Shown piece after piece: positions 16,110 through 26,867 of a stretch of DNA of 64,000 bases. Under the pieces are notes generated by a model that searched no databases, was not told the origin of the DNA, and saw only the letters and a list, made by a program, of their open reading frames with translations. Source of the DNA: a virus. A program made the translations under genes and the position numbers. Each line of letters opens with the position of its first letter. Position 1 is the first letter of the stretch. The stretch covers positions 1 through 64,000 of IMG/VR virus record IMGVR_UViG_3300027743_000002. One strand, written 5' to 3'.

Positions 16110-19100
16110 ATGCCGAACACTCCTGATCTCACCGATCTGTTCGACAAGCCCAACCCACGCACGCGGGTTCATTCCATAGCGTCTAAAGCAGGACTTCCCC
16201 CCGACATTGCCGACGATTACCTACGACTCACCAAGATTGAATCGGGACATAACACTAACGTCCGCGATTCCAGCAAAGGAGCGCAGGGCTTTGGTCAGGT
16301 AATGCCTGACGTGAAGGGCGGCACGACGCGCACGGTTGGCGGGAAACGCTATAACTTGCGGAATGCAGATGAAAACATCGAAGCAGGAATTCGCTATTTC
16401 GCAGAAGGGGGCAATGACCCCGTAGCGCGACGATTACATTACTTCGGTGGCCCAAAAGCGAAACAGCGTTACGAGCGCACGGGCAAGATGCCTAACATCT
16501 CTGATGGCAATATGACCGCCGCACAGTATGTGAAAGCAACGGGCGGAAATCAGAAACCGCAGTCGGCATCTCCTGATTTATCGGACTTGTTCGACAAACC
16601 TTCGGGACAGACCCAACCTGCCACGTCAAAGCAAAACCGTGTCAACAACCTACCCCCAACTCCAGCTACAACCCCCGTTAGTTCACGGCAACAGTCTGTC
16701 CCTAAGCAACCAATTCAGCGACGTGGGCCAACGAATCCGTTTGACTTCCAACGTCCCGCGCCAAGATTGGAAGTCGGAGCAAAAGTAGGCGGCCCACAAG
16801 CGTCTCAGGGTGTAGGTGATCTACGCCGCCAAGATGAGCGAGACTTAGCCCGTATGAGCCGTATTCGAGGCCAAGTGACTTCAGAGCAGACGGACGCGGA
16901 GCAACAGATGGGTCGTGCTCCAAACACTGCTCAAGCGCGTCTATTTGACCCGAAACTGAATGTTGATGAAGAAGTGCTGAAACGCATCAGTCAAGAGCAA
17001 GACACTGAGAAGGCCCAAGCAGACGCGCAAGCCGAACAGCAAAGACTCATTGGACAGTTCACCGATGCAGATCGCGCAGAAATAGCCGACTTCACGAATC
17101 ACCTTCAAGGCAAAGGGGGAGTCTATTCAGGAATCCGTGCAGGTATTCGACGTGGTGGTTCATCTGCTCTCTACAAACTCGCTGGACTTGCGGAAATTGG
17201 GAATCAAGTAGCCAAGAGAACAGTTGGAGAGTCGTGGATACCTGACTATTTGCGGAAGAAGGCTCTCGCGGGAGAGTTGTCAGTCAACGACATTCCTGAA
17301 GACAAACGGAATCAGCTCGCGGAGTTTCTAGCGCAATCAGGAGTGGGGTTAGCCGAACTCGCAGCAGCTCCAGGTTCGATTACCACGAAGTTTGCAGGTA
17401 TGGCGGGAAGCGAAGCGTTGGGTCGAAATCTTCCTGCTAAAGAAGTCGCCCGTGAGACCGCTAAAGGCGCGGCGATGGGGGCGGTACAGAAGTACGGCGA
17501 AGGACTCGCGCCTGCAAGCGCAGGACGATTCAAACGTGCAGCGGTGAGTGCTCCTGCGGTTGGGATCGGAAGTGGTGCAGTTGAGTTAGCAACGGGAGCT
17601 ACGCCACGAGAAGCAGCTTTGAGCGCGGTGACGAACGCGGCCTTTCAAGGGGGTGGTGAGATGTTACGCCGAACCCCGCAAAGGAGATTAAGTGAAGCAG
17701 AAGCAGCACCCAAGCAAGAGGTTAATGTCCCTGAGCGTCCAGAAACGATTGCGGCGCAACTAGCAGCCGTACAGCAAGGCACTAGACCCGCAGTCTTGGT
17801 GACGAGAGGTGAGAAACAACCCAACACTCCTAGGGGAATGAGCGCGGTCAGAACAAGTGAAGGAACCTTCTATTACGATCCGAAGCAGGTTAGTCGGGAA
17901 ACCTTACTTGCCAAAGTGAAGGATGGGACTTACGGCGAAGTTCTCGGACACATAGAACCTAAATCAGCAGCGACTACAGAAGCAGTTGTAGCGCGTGCTG
18001 CTGATGGAACTGAAGTACAAGCCTCAGCGGTGTCACCTGAGAACGTAGCGAAGCAAGCTGAAGTGTTACAAGCGCAGCATCCTGAAGCCACGATTGAAAC
18101 GGGTGGTAATGAATTAGCGCAGAAGGTCATTCAGGATCGGGTTGCACCTGAAGTAAGAGGCTTTGATGATGTTCCTTTAACTGAGCGAGAAAGAGCGGAA
18201 CTCGACACTTATTTTGATGTGGAATCGAGAATTCCTGAAAGTGAGAGAGTACCACCTAAGCCCGCAAAGATAGACATTCTGGGAGAGACTGAAGTAGCCC
18301 CGAAACCTCTTGCGCGCCGAGAATTATTGGAACTTACGGACGCAGAGTTGGATGTTCGTGAGTCGCCTGTGCCGAAAGGAATGACACGTTTGTATCGTGG
18401 CGGCGTAGAAGGGAATTGGTTTTCGTCGGAGCGTGATACGGCGCGATTTCACTTGGATAATGCGACGGGGCGCAAACCAACGCTGCGTTATGTGGATGTA
18501 CCAACTGCTGATTTAGCGAAATACGACGCCTTTGAACATCCCCGCGTAGTATCGGGCCGCGAACAAGCGGAAGCGGGTGATTACATTTTACCAAAAGAAC
18601 TAACCGCGCAAGCACGAGACTTGGCGACTGAGACAGCACCTACAGAAGTAGCACCTATTGAGCCAGTAGTAGCTAAACCTAAAACTCCAGTTACGGAAAC
18701 ACCTGTTACACCAGAGACACCAAGAGCAGCAACGGAACCACGAGAACCATCCACAACTTCTGCTCGTAAAGCGCAGATGGCCCAAGATCGCGCCGAATTA
18801 GATTTGCCCGAACTTGACCCAACAGAACGAAAGACTTGGCGCACAACGCTCGACAACGCAAAAGAGCGTGGACTAGATAAGCGCGGCGACATGCTGGCCG
18901 ATGAGGTCTTAAAGAAGCGTCGTGCCCTTGACGATGAAGAAACCGCAGGCGTGGTACTCCGCACGCAAGAACTCAAGAACCAACACAACCAACTCCTCAA
19001 AGAGATAGCCGAAAGCAAGGATGAAGTAGACATACTTCGTAAAGGCGCAGAGTTGAAACTAATTGAAGATCGCTTTGACCTTAACAGCGAAGCATTGAAG

Positions 19101-21806
19101 GAATCGGGAGGGCATAAGGGGCGGGCACTTGCTGCGCAAAAACTCACCATCAACCAAGACTACGACTTGATTAGTTTGGTGAACCGCGCCAAGGCCGCTA
19201 AAGGGAGGGATATTACCCCCGCAGAGCGTGAGCGGTACGAAAAGCAGGACGCCGAGATTAAACGACTTACTGAGGAATTATCTAAAGCCGAAGAACGAGC
19301 CTCAGTTGCTAACTTGCAAAAGCAAGTAGAGCGGGTAGCGCGACGACGCACACGAACTGAGACAAAGGCGACCTTAGATGATGAGTTCGTGCTGCTCACC
19401 CAAGAGTTTCGCGCCAAGATGCAGGGCGTACAGCCGCTAGGAATTGACCCAACCGCAATTCCTGTGATTGCAAAGATGGCCCACAACCGCGTGAAGGCGG
19501 GAGTTACGGATGTTGCGCAGTTAGTTGACGACATTCACGGAGCAGTGAGCGAGCACTTGCCCGATATAACCAAGCGCGATATTCGGGATGCTATCAGCGG
19601 TTACGGTATCACCGCTGAACTCAGTCAAGATCAAGTCAAGAAATCGCTGCGTGAGATGAAGTCAATCATGCGGTTAGCGTCTGCGCTTGAAGATGCGGAA
19701 GCAAAACAAAAACCGCTACGGAGTGGCCTGCAACGAGAAGCAGACACGCCGCAAGTTAAGGAACTCCGCCGCCAGTTAAACGAGAAGTTAAAAGAAGCGG
19801 GATTACTTGAACCGCGTGAGCCGTTGCCACCAAAACAAGGGCCAAAACTTTCAGAGGGAACAGGCCCGCGTCAAGGGCCAACACTCAGAGAAGGAGTTGG
19901 GAGAAAACAAGGCCCGCGTGTTACAGACGCACCGCTTCAAGGGCCAAAGGAATCAGATGCACGTCGCTTACCGATGGAAGGGCCAAAGATTACCGATGCC
20001 CCCAAGGTTGGGCCAAAAGAAACGCTTGAGGCAATTAAGAAGCGCGTGAACGTTCAGATTGATGAATACCAACGCCGTCTTGATGAAGGGGACTTTAGCC
20101 CGCGCTCCAAGCAGCCACGACAAGTAATTGACACCCCTGAAACCCGACGACTTAAAGACCAACTCGCAAAGATTAAAAACGAGTATGAGCGCGAATTGGA
20201 GCGTGATCGGGGGATGTTCTGGCACAACATGTCGGGTATTCGTAAGTCATGGATGCTGAGTGGTATTCGTACTCAAGCGCGCAATATTGCAGGTACGGCA
20301 GGCTATCAAGTGTTTGATGAGATAGCCCGAATGCCCGCAGTGATTGCCGATGCTGCCGTTGCTCCAATCACAGGTCAGCGTTCGATTGCAATGAGCAATC
20401 CGATTGCCATGTTGGACTCGGTAGTAAAGGGAGCGAAGGCGGGAGCAAGAGAATTTAAGGAGACGATGCAATTTGGTGGAACCCGCGAACAAATGGAGCG
20501 GATGCAAATCAAAGAAATTAACACAGGGAGTCAGGCCTTTGACTTGGCTCACAACGTAGTTTTCCGCTTGATGTCGGGTTCTGACCGCGTGTTCTACAAC
20601 ATTGCTTATGAACGCGCTTTGTTGGATCGCGCCACGGTGCAAGCTAAGAATGAGAAGGCGAGCAACGTACGGGCACGGGCGAAAGAGATTATGGATACCG
20701 CGTCACCGCATGGTGACTTGGTGATGTCGGCAAAGCACGACGCGCTAATCAATACCTTCAACAATAACAACAAGCTGAGTGACGCTATCAAGCGGGCACG
20801 CGGAACTCTTGGCCCCAAGGCGAATTTCGCTATTGATTTGGTGCTTCCCTTTGACCGCACGCCAACAAACGTAGTTACGCGCATTCTTGAGGCGGCTCCG
20901 GTGAGTGGGCAAGTGATGACTGCGGTACGAGCAGGACAAATGGCGAAAGGGATTATCAATAAATCTCTGACCTTAGAGCAGCAACGACAGTTTGCGCAAA
21001 CCTTTGGACGCTCGACAGCGGGCACTGCGTTGGCAGGACTGGGTTGGGCCTTGATGCCAAGCGGAATCATTACCACTGACGATTATGGGAACGCTTTCTT
21101 GAATGTCGCGGGTAAGCAAATCAATCTGTCTACTATCTCTCCCGCAGGCAATATTATTGCGATGGGCGCAAACATGTGGAAGGCGGCACACTCGGAAAAA
21201 GATCAAGTGCGCAAAGGAATAGGGGCAGTAGCGAAACCTCTCTCTGATATTCCTCTCGTCCGTAGCACAACCGGAATAACCGAAGCAGTCAAGAATCCAG
21301 CCCGTTCAGGAACTCAATTCGCTGGACATTTAGCAAGTTCTTTTGTTCCCTTTGGCGGACTGCAACGAGACGCGGCATTGGTGCTTGACCCTGAAGAATC
21401 GCGTAAACCTAAAACCATTGGAGAGACGGTGAAGGCGGGTATCCCGATTCTACGAAACACTCTTGATGTAGATCGTTCACCTTTATTTGCGGGGGAAAAG
21501 AAAACCACCCCTGCTATTAAAGAGGTACAGCGACTAGGAATGCGGCTTTCGGGGGTGAACCAAAGTCCGAAGGAAAGACCGGAACAGTTTGCAGAACGAC
21601 GTGCTAAGGTTATTCCGGTGATGCAGAAAGAACTCAACACGCTAGTTGAGACTGACGCCTACAAAGCCTTGAACGACAGAGAAAAGAGAGAAGCCCTACA
21701 GAAGAAGTTGGATGATATTCGCAATGACTATGAAAGTCAGCAACCGCGTGGCCCAAGAGAAGCACGCAAACCACGCGAACAGAGGGTGCAGAGACAATTC
21801 CAATGA
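16110..21806 (+). CDS. Large ejection/polyvalent protein with N-terminal lytic transglycosylase
   Basis: 1898 aa; IESG..SSKGAQGFGQVMP..NIEAGIRYF SLT motif; long helical remainder. Confidence 0.8.
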   Translation: MPNTPDLTDLFDKPNPRTRVHSIASKAGLPPDIADDYLRLTKIESGHNTNVRDSSKGAQGFGQVMPDVKGGTTRTVGGKRYNLRNADENIEAGIRYFAEGGNDPVARRLHYFGGPKAKQRYERTGKMPNISDGNMTAAQYVKATGGNQKPQSASPDLSDLFDKPSGQTQPATSKQNRVNNLPPTPATTPVSSRQQSVPKQPIQRRGPTNPFDFQRPAPRLEVGAKVGGPQASQGVGDLRRQDERDLARMSRIRGQVTSEQTDAEQQMGRAPNTAQARLFDPKLNVDEEVLKRISQEQDTEKAQADAQAEQQRLIGQFTDADRAEIADFTNHLQGKGGVYSGIRAGIRRGGSSALYKLAGLAEIGNQVAKRTVGESWIPDYLRKKALAGELSVNDIPEDKRNQLAEFLAQSGVGLAELAAAPGSITTKFAGMAGSEALGRNLPAKEVARETAKGAAMGAVQKYGEGLAPASAGRFKRAAVSAPAVGIGSGAVELATGATPREAALSAVTNAAFQGGGEMLRRTPQRRLSEAEAAPKQEVNVPERPETIAAQLAAVQQGTRPAVLVTRGEKQPNTPRGMSAVRTSEGTFYYDPKQVSRETLLAKVKDGTYGEVLGHIEPKSAATTEAVVARAADGTEVQASAVSPENVAKQAEVLQAQHPEATIETGGNELAQKVIQDRVAPEVRGFDDVPLTERERAELDTYFDVESRIPESERVPPKPAKIDILGETEVAPKPLARRELLELTDAELDVRESPVPKGMTRLYRGGVEGNWFSSERDTARFHLDNATGRKPTLRYVDVPTADLAKYDAFEHPRVVSGREQAEAGDYILPKELTAQARDLATETAPTEVAPIEPVVAKPKTPVTETPVTPETPRAATEPREPSTTSARKAQMAQDRAELDLPELDPTERKTWRTTLDNAKERGLDKRGDMLADEVLKKRRALDDEETAGVVLRTQELKNQHNQLLKEIAESKDEVDILRKGAELKLIEDRFDLNSEALKESGGHKGRALAAQKLTINQDYDLISLVNRAKAAKGRDITPAERERYEKQDAEIKRLTEELSKAEERASVANLQKQVERVARRRTRTETKATLDDEFVLLTQEFRAKMQGVQPLGIDPTAIPVIAKMAHNRVKAGVTDVAQLVDDIHGAVSEHLPDITKRDIRDAISGYGITAELSQDQVKKSLREMKSIMRLASALEDAEAKQKPLRSGLQREADTPQVKELRRQLNEKLKEAGLLEPREPLPPKQGPKLSEGTGPRQGPTLREGVGRKQGPRVTDAPLQGPKESDARRLPMEGPKITDAPKVGPKETLEAIKKRVNVQIDEYQRRLDEGDFSPRSKQPRQVIDTPETRRLKDQLAKIKNEYERELERDRGMFWHNMSGIRKSWMLSGIRTQARNIAGTAGYQVFDEIARMPAVIADAAVAPITGQRSIAMSNPIAMLDSVVKGAKAGAREFKETMQFGGTREQMERMQIKEINTGSQAFDLAHNVVFRLMSGSDRVFYNIAYERALLDRATVQAKNEKASNVRARAKEIMDTASPHGDLVMSAKHDALINTFNNNNKLSDAIKRARGTLGPKANFAIDLVLPFDRTPTNVVTRILEAAPVSGQVMTAVRAGQMAKGIINKSLTLEQQRQFAQTFGRSTAGTALAGLGWALMPSGIITTDDYGNAFLNVAGKQINLSTISPAGNIIAMGANMWKAAHSEKDQVRKGIGAVAKPLSDIPLVRSTTGITEAVKNPARSGTQFAGHLASSFVPFGGLQRDAALVLDPEESRKPKTIGETVKAGIPILRNTLDVDRSPLFAGEKKTTPAIKEVQRLGMRLSGVNQSPKERPEQFAERRAKVIPVMQKELNTLVETDAYKALNDREKREALQKKLDDIRNDYESQQPRGPREARKPREQRVQRQFQ

Positions 21807-21931
21807 TGAGGAATTCTGACACAGAAAGTGCGTTCGTTGGTACAATCCGAATGAAATGGCTCACCCGCATCGTTTTGTCGCTACGCCGTTATACATGGGA
21901 ATGGGGTGTTCGTAAGGGTCTAGGAGAATAA

Positions 21932-22171
21932 ATGCCGAACAATTACTTTCGTGATCCACAGTCGCCCTTTAGCGCACCACAAATGGAGATGCCTGAATGG
22001 GTACAGATGCCAGAGTCCGAAACGCCCGACATGAGCGGGGTATTTCAAGGGCTGAAGGAGCGAATGCAAGGTGGCGGTAAGGCTAATTCCGCGCCTATGA
22101 CAGTTTCGGGTAAAGCGATGCCTTCAATGTCGGGTAAAGCGGGCGGAAGTGGAGGGGGCGCGTCACTTTGA
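21932..22171 (+). CDS. Small Met/Gly-rich hypothetical protein
   Basis: SD AGGAG, 79 aa. Confidence 0.6.
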   Translation: MPNNYFRDPQSPFSAPQMEMPEWVQMPESETPDMSGVFQGLKERMQGGGKANSAPMTVSGKAMPSMSGKAGGSGGGASL

Positions 22172-22860
22172 GCCTCACAAGCAATATCATTGTTCGCCAA
22201 GCCTATGTCCGCATCGGGGCGTTTGAAGGGAACGCGTCTCAAATTGCCACAGACTACGCTAGTGATGCCGCGCTTGCCGATGCGAACACAGAATCCTTTC
22301 CACTTCAATCCATGTACGACATCTTGGTTGGAGTAGAGAATGAAATGGCTACGGCGGTAGCAATGAATGTCAATAACACCTTGAGAAACGTGCTTGGCGA
22401 CATAGTTACAGTAACTTCGGGTAGTTTAATTCCCGCAATCAGTGATGCAGACTTGCCGATTATCGGAGAGTGGGGCCAAGTAAGAACCGCCGCAGGAATC
22501 GAACTCACTCCCGCCTTGCATGAGGATGAGATTAGAGCCATTGTCAATGGCCCATCAGGATTATTCAAGACGAATTATTACAGTTACGCACTTAGACCAC
22601 CACGCATTTACGCGACTCAAACAACCCTTGAAATTGATGTTTGTGTGTTTGACATCGACGCGAGACAAACTGCCATTAACGCGAACGAAGATTTACTATT
22701 CCAGCAGATGCAGAACGCTTATTTCAGTGGAGTGATGGCGAACCTGAAGAATGAAGACCCTGCGTATACGTCATTAAGCAACGAATATGCGCCTGCTTAT
22801 CAGGCATGGTTGGTGGCCCAACAGCCACCTCGTGATGTTGTTGGTCAAGCTGCCGCATGA
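22168..22860 (+). CDS. Putative tail adaptor/tube protein
   Basis: 230 aa; TTG start overlapping the upstream stop; position. Confidence 0.5.
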   Translation: MSLTSNIIVRQAYVRIGAFEGNASQIATDYASDAALADANTESFPLQSMYDILVGVENEMATAVAMNVNNTLRNVLGDIVTVTSGSLIPAISDADLPIIGEWGQVRTAAGIELTPALHEDEIRAIVNGPSGLFKTNYYSYALRPPRIYATQTTLEIDVCVFDIDARQTAINANEDLLFQQMQNAYFSGVMANLKNEDPAYTSLSNEYAPAYQAWLVAQQPPRDVVGQAAA

Positions 22861-23411
22861 GCCAAACTTATTCATACATCCGTGAACAAGTAGTGCAGGG
22901 AGTCATTCGTGGCTCGCTTGCTAACCCGATTTCTCTAGATCGCATTCGCGCCCAATTTGACGCTGCTTTCTTTTCCATCAACTCGACTGTGGCTCAGACT
23001 TATGCAGCCCAAGAGAGCCGCCGCGAACTCTTACGTGTCGCTACGACTCTGACTTTCACGGCGGGAGATGCAGACCTTCCCGAAGCAGTGCTTAAGGGCT
23101 ACATCGAAGATGCAACCTTCACAGTGACGGGAAAGAAGTATTCATATCGCAGGTATCCCGATTGGTTACGTGGTGGCGATCCGCGCTTGGGAATGTGGAC
23201 GCAAATAGGGGAAACACTCAAAGCCAAGACCCCAACTCCGGTGATTGCTTTAACGGGGGACGTGGAATTTAGTTCGATTTGCTCTCCTGCAATTCCTTCG
23301 ACTGAATCGGCTACTTACGTTGCGCCGGATGACTTTTACCCTGATTTTGTGAACGCAATGGTGCAGTACATCATTGGTCAAACGATGGAAACAGCGGCAC
23401 AGACCGCGTAG
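22857..23411 (+). CDS. Putative tail adaptor protein
   Basis: 184 aa, ATGA overlap. Confidence 0.5.
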   Translation: MSQTYSYIREQVVQGVIRGSLANPISLDRIRAQFDAAFFSINSTVAQTYAAQESRRELLRVATTLTFTAGDADLPEAVLKGYIEDATFTVTGKKYSYRRYPDWLRGGDPRLGMWTQIGETLKAKTPTPVIALTGDVEFSSICSPAIPSTESATYVAPDDFYPDFVNAMVQYIIGQTMETAAQTA

Positions 23412-23418
23412 AAAATGA

Positions 23419-25491
23419 ATGAGCCTAGACCCCATAATTCTCGGCGCGGCACCCTACCATCCAACAAGTCCGCGCAGTGGTGTGTCAGGACGAACGCTGC
23501 TCAGGATGCAAAATCTCATTCTCAGTGGCGCAGACGAGAATATCTACCTGCAAGTCTATAAAGGCTCCCTCGACTTAGAAGAAACAATCCCAGGTTTAGA
23601 CATCACAGGCACCGTCAGTGCTGCTGCGGGTGAGACCACCATTGAAGGTGTAGGGACTCTTTTCACTACCGAACTCCAAACCGGACAAGGTTTTTGGGCT
23701 GGTGATAGTCCCTTAGTAGTCAATCGAGTGATTGACGATACTCACCTGACAGTGTGGGTTGGGCCACTAACAACTCTGGCAGGCGCGACTGCTACCCGAA
23801 TGCCCGTGCTGTTCACGGTGAACACGCAGCGGGGCACTCTCAGTGCTCGTGGTAACGCCTTAGAATCCGACTCAGGAACTATCTTCGCAACGGGTGTGGG
23901 AACGCTTTTAATTGACGGACAGCCCTTACAAGGCTCGTCAATGGTGCTCACAGGGAGTCCCGCAGTAGCAATCTTCGACCCCACCACAGGAAACTATGCA
24001 GTCTATCCGGTAGGCTTTGATGTGCCAACTCCCGCTCCTGTTTTGGGTGATGTGATTGGCGGCGAGCAAGGCATGGTAGCGGGTGATTACAGCGTTCGCT
24101 TGACTGCGGCAAGTTCAATCACTGAAGGAGAAAGTAATCCTGGGGTGAGGGCGAATGTCAGTCTCTCATCGGATGGCGATCAAATTGAGGTAGACATTTC
24201 GGGAGTTACCTTCGACACGGCAGCAGGGGTAGATCAAGTTAATGCCTACGCGACTCAGTTGAATGTCGTGAACGTCAATCAAGGCCCGTGGAACTTTGTG
24301 CTGAGTCACTTATTAGCCGATGGTAATACCTTTAACCTTGATTACTTGAACGCCGCTATTGCCCGACAGGGAGAACTTGAGTTTGATAACGACGCGCCTC
24401 CTGATGCGGGCTTTGTGGCTACACTTCAGAGTTACATCCAATGGGTAAGTTGCTATGGCAAGTGGGGTGGGCCTCCTGGCCCCGTATTAGTTCCTGCGAA
24501 GCCAAACAACATCGAAGCGGCTCCTGCTAATTGGGTAGTTACCTCATCGCCTCCCGATACAATTCTTGATGTAGTGACTTCTCAAGCAAGACTCTATTTC
24601 CCTTGCCACAATTCTCTACAACAAGGTGTGTACGCGCCAACAGGTGATCCATTAGTTCCGCCAACTCAGATTCGCGCCTTCTGGAGTTTAGGGTTCTCTA
24701 GTTTTCAGCAGTTGGTATTTGCCCAAGATTTGTTAGTGGGTTATTCGCATGGTGGGCCAACTCGTTCATCGGCCAATGTGGAGATTGTCAACACTCAGTT
24801 TCTTGGTGCCCAAGTCGCGGAAATTATTCAGAATTGGGAGAGTGCATACGTTAAGGTGGGTTGGGACTCTGACCCGATGGTCAATGCCATTTGTTTCTTC
24901 CAACCTGCCATTAGACAGAACGACGATGGTTGGTGGGAAACGGATGTTTTGATATGGGGGCTAAATTCTGTGGATTGGATTGGGGCTGTAACTCTTACCG
25001 ATCCAGATCGGGACATGGTTGTTTGCAGCGTGTCTAACGTGAATAACGTGCTCACGTTTCTAGCAGGCGGTAGAGTTGATGATGTTGGAACCCTTCGGTT
25101 TGATACCTTTGAGTGGAATAAGATTTCAGGAGAAGAAGTGCCATATTATGCCGCTTGGCAACTCAATGCTTGCGGATTATTAGATCAAAATAAAACCATT
25201 CGAGCAGCGAGGGCGAGCGGCAAGTTTACGAATGGATCGTTAGACCTATACGGTTTTGATAGTGAAACTCCCGTGGATTTAAGCATTATAGAGGACGGAA
25301 CTAATGCTCAAGTATCCATCAATTTAGGAACCACTACCGACGTAGAAACTACGATACGCGCCCGCGTGAATGCGCCTAGTAACTTCATGGTGACAGCTAG
25401 GATTTCCGGAACTTACAACGGTACGGATGAAATAGTTGACCGCATCGGGGGTTGTGTATTAGAGGTCATGCCCCAAGGCCCGCGCCGTTAA
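23419..25491 (+). CDS. Putative tail nozzle/stabilisation protein
   Basis: 690 aa, beta-rich, podovirus-like position. Confidence 0.55.
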   Translation: MSLDPIILGAAPYHPTSPRSGVSGRTLLRMQNLILSGADENIYLQVYKGSLDLEETIPGLDITGTVSAAAGETTIEGVGTLFTTELQTGQGFWAGDSPLVVNRVIDDTHLTVWVGPLTTLAGATATRMPVLFTVNTQRGTLSARGNALESDSGTIFATGVGTLLIDGQPLQGSSMVLTGSPAVAIFDPTTGNYAVYPVGFDVPTPAPVLGDVIGGEQGMVAGDYSVRLTAASSITEGESNPGVRANVSLSSDGDQIEVDISGVTFDTAAGVDQVNAYATQLNVVNVNQGPWNFVLSHLLADGNTFNLDYLNAAIARQGELEFDNDAPPDAGFVATLQSYIQWVSCYGKWGGPPGPVLVPAKPNNIEAAPANWVVTSSPPDTILDVVTSQARLYFPCHNSLQQGVYAPTGDPLVPPTQIRAFWSLGFSSFQQLVFAQDLLVGYSHGGPTRSSANVEIVNTQFLGAQVAEIIQNWESAYVKVGWDSDPMVNAICFFQPAIRQNDDGWWETDVLIWGLNSVDWIGAVTLTDPDRDMVVCSVSNVNNVLTFLAGGRVDDVGTLRFDTFEWNKISGEEVPYYAAWQLNACGLLDQNKTIRAARASGKFTNGSLDLYGFDSETPVDLSIIEDGTNAQVSINLGTTTDVETTIRARVNAPSNFMVTARISGTYNGTDEIVDRIGGCVLEVMPQGPRR

Positions 25492-26001
25492 TTTTCTTTG
25501 ATGGTATGCACGTCGAGCATTAGCGTTGATTATTTCACGACGTTCAGTTTCACTTTGTTTAATACAGATGAGACATTGGCGCATTCCGCGTCGCACTTGT
25601 AGATTTCTGCCGCTTAAAGGATGTCCCCTTTTGCAGTGAGTTTTACGAGCATTTTTCGCAGCCGCACCACTACCACGCAATACATTGATGCGCGTTGACG
25701 TAAATTCTAAATGGAGAGGATTGCAGCACGCTCGGCGGCGACACAGATGATCTATTCCATTTGTATTGGCAGGTTGTCCTTTAGGAATTGCGTGTACAAG
25801 CCATGCGAACATAAGTCGATGTACACGTTGTTGATAGCCGTACCATCCCGTAACTCCGTATCCATCGGGGTCACGAGCCGCGCACCAAATCCAACATGGG
25901 GTGTCATCCCAAAGCAAGTCTGGATGGATTGTAATTTTAGAAAAGAGCCGAATTAACTCTTTGGTGGAAAGATGATTAACAGTAAGATACTCGACAGGCA
26001 T
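25459..26001 (-). CDS. HNH homing endonuclease in antisense orientation
   Basis: CWIW..GYG..RVHRL..IDHLCRRRACCNPLHLE..KTHCKRGH; SD AAAGGA. Confidence 0.85.
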   Translation of the reverse strand: MPVEYLTVNHLSTKELIRLFSKITIHPDLLWDDTPCWIWCAARDPDGYGVTGWYGYQQRVHRLMFAWLVHAIPKGQPANTNGIDHLCRRRACCNPLHLEFTSTRINVLRGSGAAAKNARKTHCKRGHPLSGRNLQVRRGMRQCLICIKQSETERREIINANARRAYHQRKLTARALGHDL

Positions 26002-26028
26002 GGTCTGAACGTCCTTTCAGATTATTGG

Positions 26029-26075
26029 GTTGGATAGGTGCGACAAACATCTATCCAATTCGCCTAATTATAGCA
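26029..26075 (-). promoter_or_regulatory. Extended -10 promoter and leader hairpin for the HNH gene
   Basis: TGcTATAAT (26075-26067) then hairpin ttggatagatg...cacctatccaa. Confidence 0.5.
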
Positions 26076-26090
26076 TGAGAGATTGATATT

Positions 26091-26528
26091 ATGGCGACTT
26101 TATCAGAAGGCATTGATAGTCCCGCGATAGAGCAAGACCCTAGTATCGCGCAAATACAGGCAGCGCAATATGGTGCTCAGTTAGCGCAGACGCAAGTGAG
26201 TTTGCCCGCTACAGGTTTCGTAGCGGAGATCAACGGTGAAGATGGGGCAGTCACGATCCAGCCTGGGACGAGTTCGATCACCACAGGTGCTCCTGATGTA
26301 GATGTAGCAGTTACGAATGGACTCGGAACTATCTCAATCGGGGTGGACGTGAAGTTGTATGCAGCCGCGCTTGCCAAGAGCAATACTGCGATAATTGCGC
26401 CGACCGTGAACGACGATTCAGGAGACGGTTTCAGCCTTTTCAGCACTTGGATAGACACAGTGTTAGGGGATGTTTATATGGCAGTAGATGTTACCGTAGG
26501 CGCAGCCGTGTGGAGAAAACTGAACTGA
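26091..26528 (+). CDS. Virion structural protein (fibre-anchor-like)
   Basis: APTVNDDSGDGF..W.D...VYM.VD...GAAVW motif common at fibre ends. Confidence 0.6.
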   Translation: MATLSEGIDSPAIEQDPSIAQIQAAQYGAQLAQTQVSLPATGFVAEINGEDGAVTIQPGTSSITTGAPDVDVAVTNGLGTISIGVDVKLYAAALAKSNTAIIAPTVNDDSGDGFSLFSTWIDTVLGDVYMAVDVTVGAAVWRKLN

Positions 26529-26537
26529 GGTGAACTT

Positions 26538-26867
26538 ATGGTAGGTAACTGGAATCCTTCAATAACTAGGGGCGGTGGTTGGACGCGCACACTGACGTTC
26601 ACTCAATCAGGAGCCGTTTTTAGTCTCGTGGACTACGAAGCTGAGATGACCCTAACCCCTGGGACGGGCACGACAGTTACGCTCTCGACCGACAACGGGA
26701 AACTCACGATTAACGGAGCAGCGGGAACCTTAACGACTGAACTCACTGCTGCTGAAGTTGCTGCTATTGATTGGTCGCAGGGCGTAGTGCAATCAGTCTT
26801 GACCGTCATTTCCCCTGAAGATACAGGTGAAGCAATCGAACTAACTGGAATCGCCAACCTTGTCTGA
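26538..26867 (+). CDS. Virion structural protein
   Basis: 109 aa beta-rich; SD GAGG. Confidence 0.6.
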   Translation: MVGNWNPSITRGGGWTRTLTFTQSGAVFSLVDYEAEMTLTPGTGTTVTLSTDNGKLTINGAAGTLTTELTAAEVAAIDWSQGVVQSVLTVISPEDTGEAIELTGIANLV

